In this document: piece after piece, positions 61,875 to 64,000 of the stretch
Layout of the letters: the number at the start of each line of letters is the position of its first letter
Position numbering within the stretch: the first letter of the stretch is position 1
Source of the DNA: Isurus oxyrinchus
Taxonomy: Eukaryota
Assembly: GCA_026770705.1 (NCBI GenBank)
Contig: JANJGN010000007.1
Coordinates: 88,536,001 to 88,600,000 of the forward strand
Length of the DNA: 64,000 bases
Direction of reading: 5' to 3'
Notes under the pieces: model-generated
The model's database searches: none
What the model was told of the DNA's origin: nothing
The model's input: only the letters and a program-made list of their open reading frames with translations
Program-made: the position numbers and the translations under genes

Positions 61875-62585
61875 TCTGGATCTTACCATTCCTTTAGCAT
61901 GGGAATCTCTGCCCTAAGAATTTTGCAGCAGTTGTTAATTGTATTTAAGGCAGCAACTTGGTCTACTGCACACTGACCCTCCAGAACAGGCTGCATATGT
62001 ATCCGTGGGACATTCAGGTTTTGTGTTCAGCTTTCTAAAATCATAGTGGCAGCCTGTAAGTGTTTGAAAAATTCACTCCCATAATCTGAAATGTTACTGT
62101 TCTGCTATTGATTGAATATGAAATGAAACCGATGAGGATTGTACATTACATGATAAATGTGGATTTAACTGAAAGAGCTCTCATAGGTGTGACCATTTCC
62201 TCATGTGGTATTGGGCACATGGTATATGTGCAATGGCAGTTCATTCCCTACTGGCAACAGGTTCGATTTGCCCCAGTACCAGCAGTTTGCCCCTAATCCA
62301 TCCCCCCCTCCCCTTAAGTAGATGGTTTTTTTGTGTTTATGTGCTGACAGATAAAAGTCTAGTTGGACCATTACTGGATAATAACAGCTTCAGGAAGATC
62401 CTGAGATCTATTCAAACTTTAAGGCTCACTTTACAAGTGTGCATTAATGCCACAGAGCCTCAAATATTGAAGATAGTATTCCTTCCAATTATTTTTGTTT
62501 AATAACATACTTCAAATCAATTTAAGGGCCTTCCCAACCTCCCCTAGCATGCATCTGTAAAATCATCTCCTTTATGTTTATTAAT

Positions 62586-62591
62586 ATTAAA
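62586..62591 (+). promoter_or_regulatory. Candidate IFT122 polyadenylation signal (ATTAAA)
   Basis: First ATTAAA-type hexamer I noticed, about 710 nt after the stop codon; I saw no AATAAA. Unverified. Confidence 0.3.
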
Positions 62592-64000
62592 AAAATACCA
62601 AAATCAGCTGAAGCAATTCTACAATCCACAAAATGGTGGCAGTCTAGTTAGCTCCTGTTTCCTTCTCCCCCTCCTCCCAGCTCCTAAAAGAAACAAGTGC
62701 TGCACTTCAAACAAGGGTGTGTCCTCACCTTACAAGAGCTGCAAATGTTTCTTCTCTGTTGAATGAAGGGAAGCCAGACAAGTGTGTGAGGAGAAGTATG
62801 TAGAGGGTTAGAATGATAGATTTAGATGAGAAAAGATAGGAGGAGGCTTGAGTGGATCATAAACATCGACATGGACTCATTGGGCTGGATGGCCTCTTTC
62901 TGTGCATTCTATGCAATCCTATGTAATATCCTATGAAATAGATGCTATAGGGTTGCGTGATCGCCTCCACGCTGCTTTAGTGCAATTTAAGTACCGCAAT
63001 GGAAAGTTAACTCATTCCCTATAAACCAAAATTAGGCCAAATCCTCTTAATTAAAAGTGTTTATAAAGGATGAACGTAATTTCCAAAATATTTACTAAAC
63101 TTCATTTTTCTGCAAACAAATCCCTACCTATACATTATTTTAAGTTGACTGAATGAAAAACCCTCTTCATAAACGTGTTTAGAGTGAGGATGAATTTTCT
63201 TTTCTCAGTAAATTTAATTGAAACATTTGGAACTTGATTATCAAATGATGGCTTTTCATTTTACATTGTGTAACTAACAATCTTCTCATTTACAGACAGT
63301 GCTTGATAAAGGTTATTTTACAGTCTAGGTAGTACAGGTAGATTGGCAGCTTTCTAGTGATATTGTAGCTATGTCTGAACCATTATAGGAGCTCATCAAG
63401 CAGATGAAGATGGTCTGCAGGATCCTGTGGTTTACAACAGATCCAGCCCAGACTGATAGGGTGAAAGTTTCCTCTCAGTGGCTGAAATGAGCTTTGGGTA
63501 GTCACACCTCACTTCCAGGAGAATGCAGGTTTACAACAACTGCCTATTTTTGATTCAGAGGTGAATTTTCTATTTGCACAGTTCTGACGGAGCCTCCCAT
63601 GCCAGCAGGACACAGTAGGAGATCACATAATTTATGGACATAAAATGGGAGGACCCATCCAATCTCCTAATACTCCATCCTGCTGGGCTGGTTTTTGTAC
63701 CAGGAGTACTACCAAATGGAATCTTACTTTTCAGTGGTCAATCTTATTTGGGTTGAATTGTGCGGGTCTCAGATGCAGTGTGAGATTCAGATTAGGGCAT
63801 ATTGATAGGATAGTGTAGAGGAAACTTTACTTTGTGACTAACCTGTCTGGGTCTGTTCCTGCCCTGGGACAGACCTGTCTACAGATAAGGATTAAATATT
63901 TTTAGAGAGCTTGATTCTGTTGTTTCCAACCTGAACACATCCTGACCTCATTTGACTGTATAAAGAATTTGCCCCTGCCCTTCCCCCAGGCTAAAGTATT

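Overview
Vertebrate genomic DNA, most likely from a cartilaginous fish (shark); this is inferred from the abundant CR1 LINEs, Deu-domain SINEs, Penelope-like elements and Harbinger MITEs. The only host gene I can support is the 3' end of IFT122 (+ strand): seven short coding exons (14831-14931, 21095-21260, 23460-23571, 41828-41956, 43007-43083, 59687-59851, 61761-61874) that splice in frame to the IFT122 C-terminus and stop codon. One intron is a clear U12 (minor-spliceosome) intron and a second carries U12 signals that are each degenerate. The rest is intronic mobile DNA: nested CR1/L2 LINEs; many Penelope-like element (PLE) copies whose ends carry minimal type I hammerhead-ribozyme motifs, including a very young perfect 101-bp fold-back insertion with a 15-bp TSD; a Harbinger element with a spliced Myb/SANT pseudogene plus a family of MITEs; a degraded Ty1/copia element with about 81-bp LTRs whose 5' LTR and PBS have been inverted; and two long C-rich, CpG-rich 20-23-bp satellite blocks flanking two IFT122 exons. 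Most ORFs in the supplied track are TE fragments or repeat artefacts. Boundaries marked approximate were read by eye.
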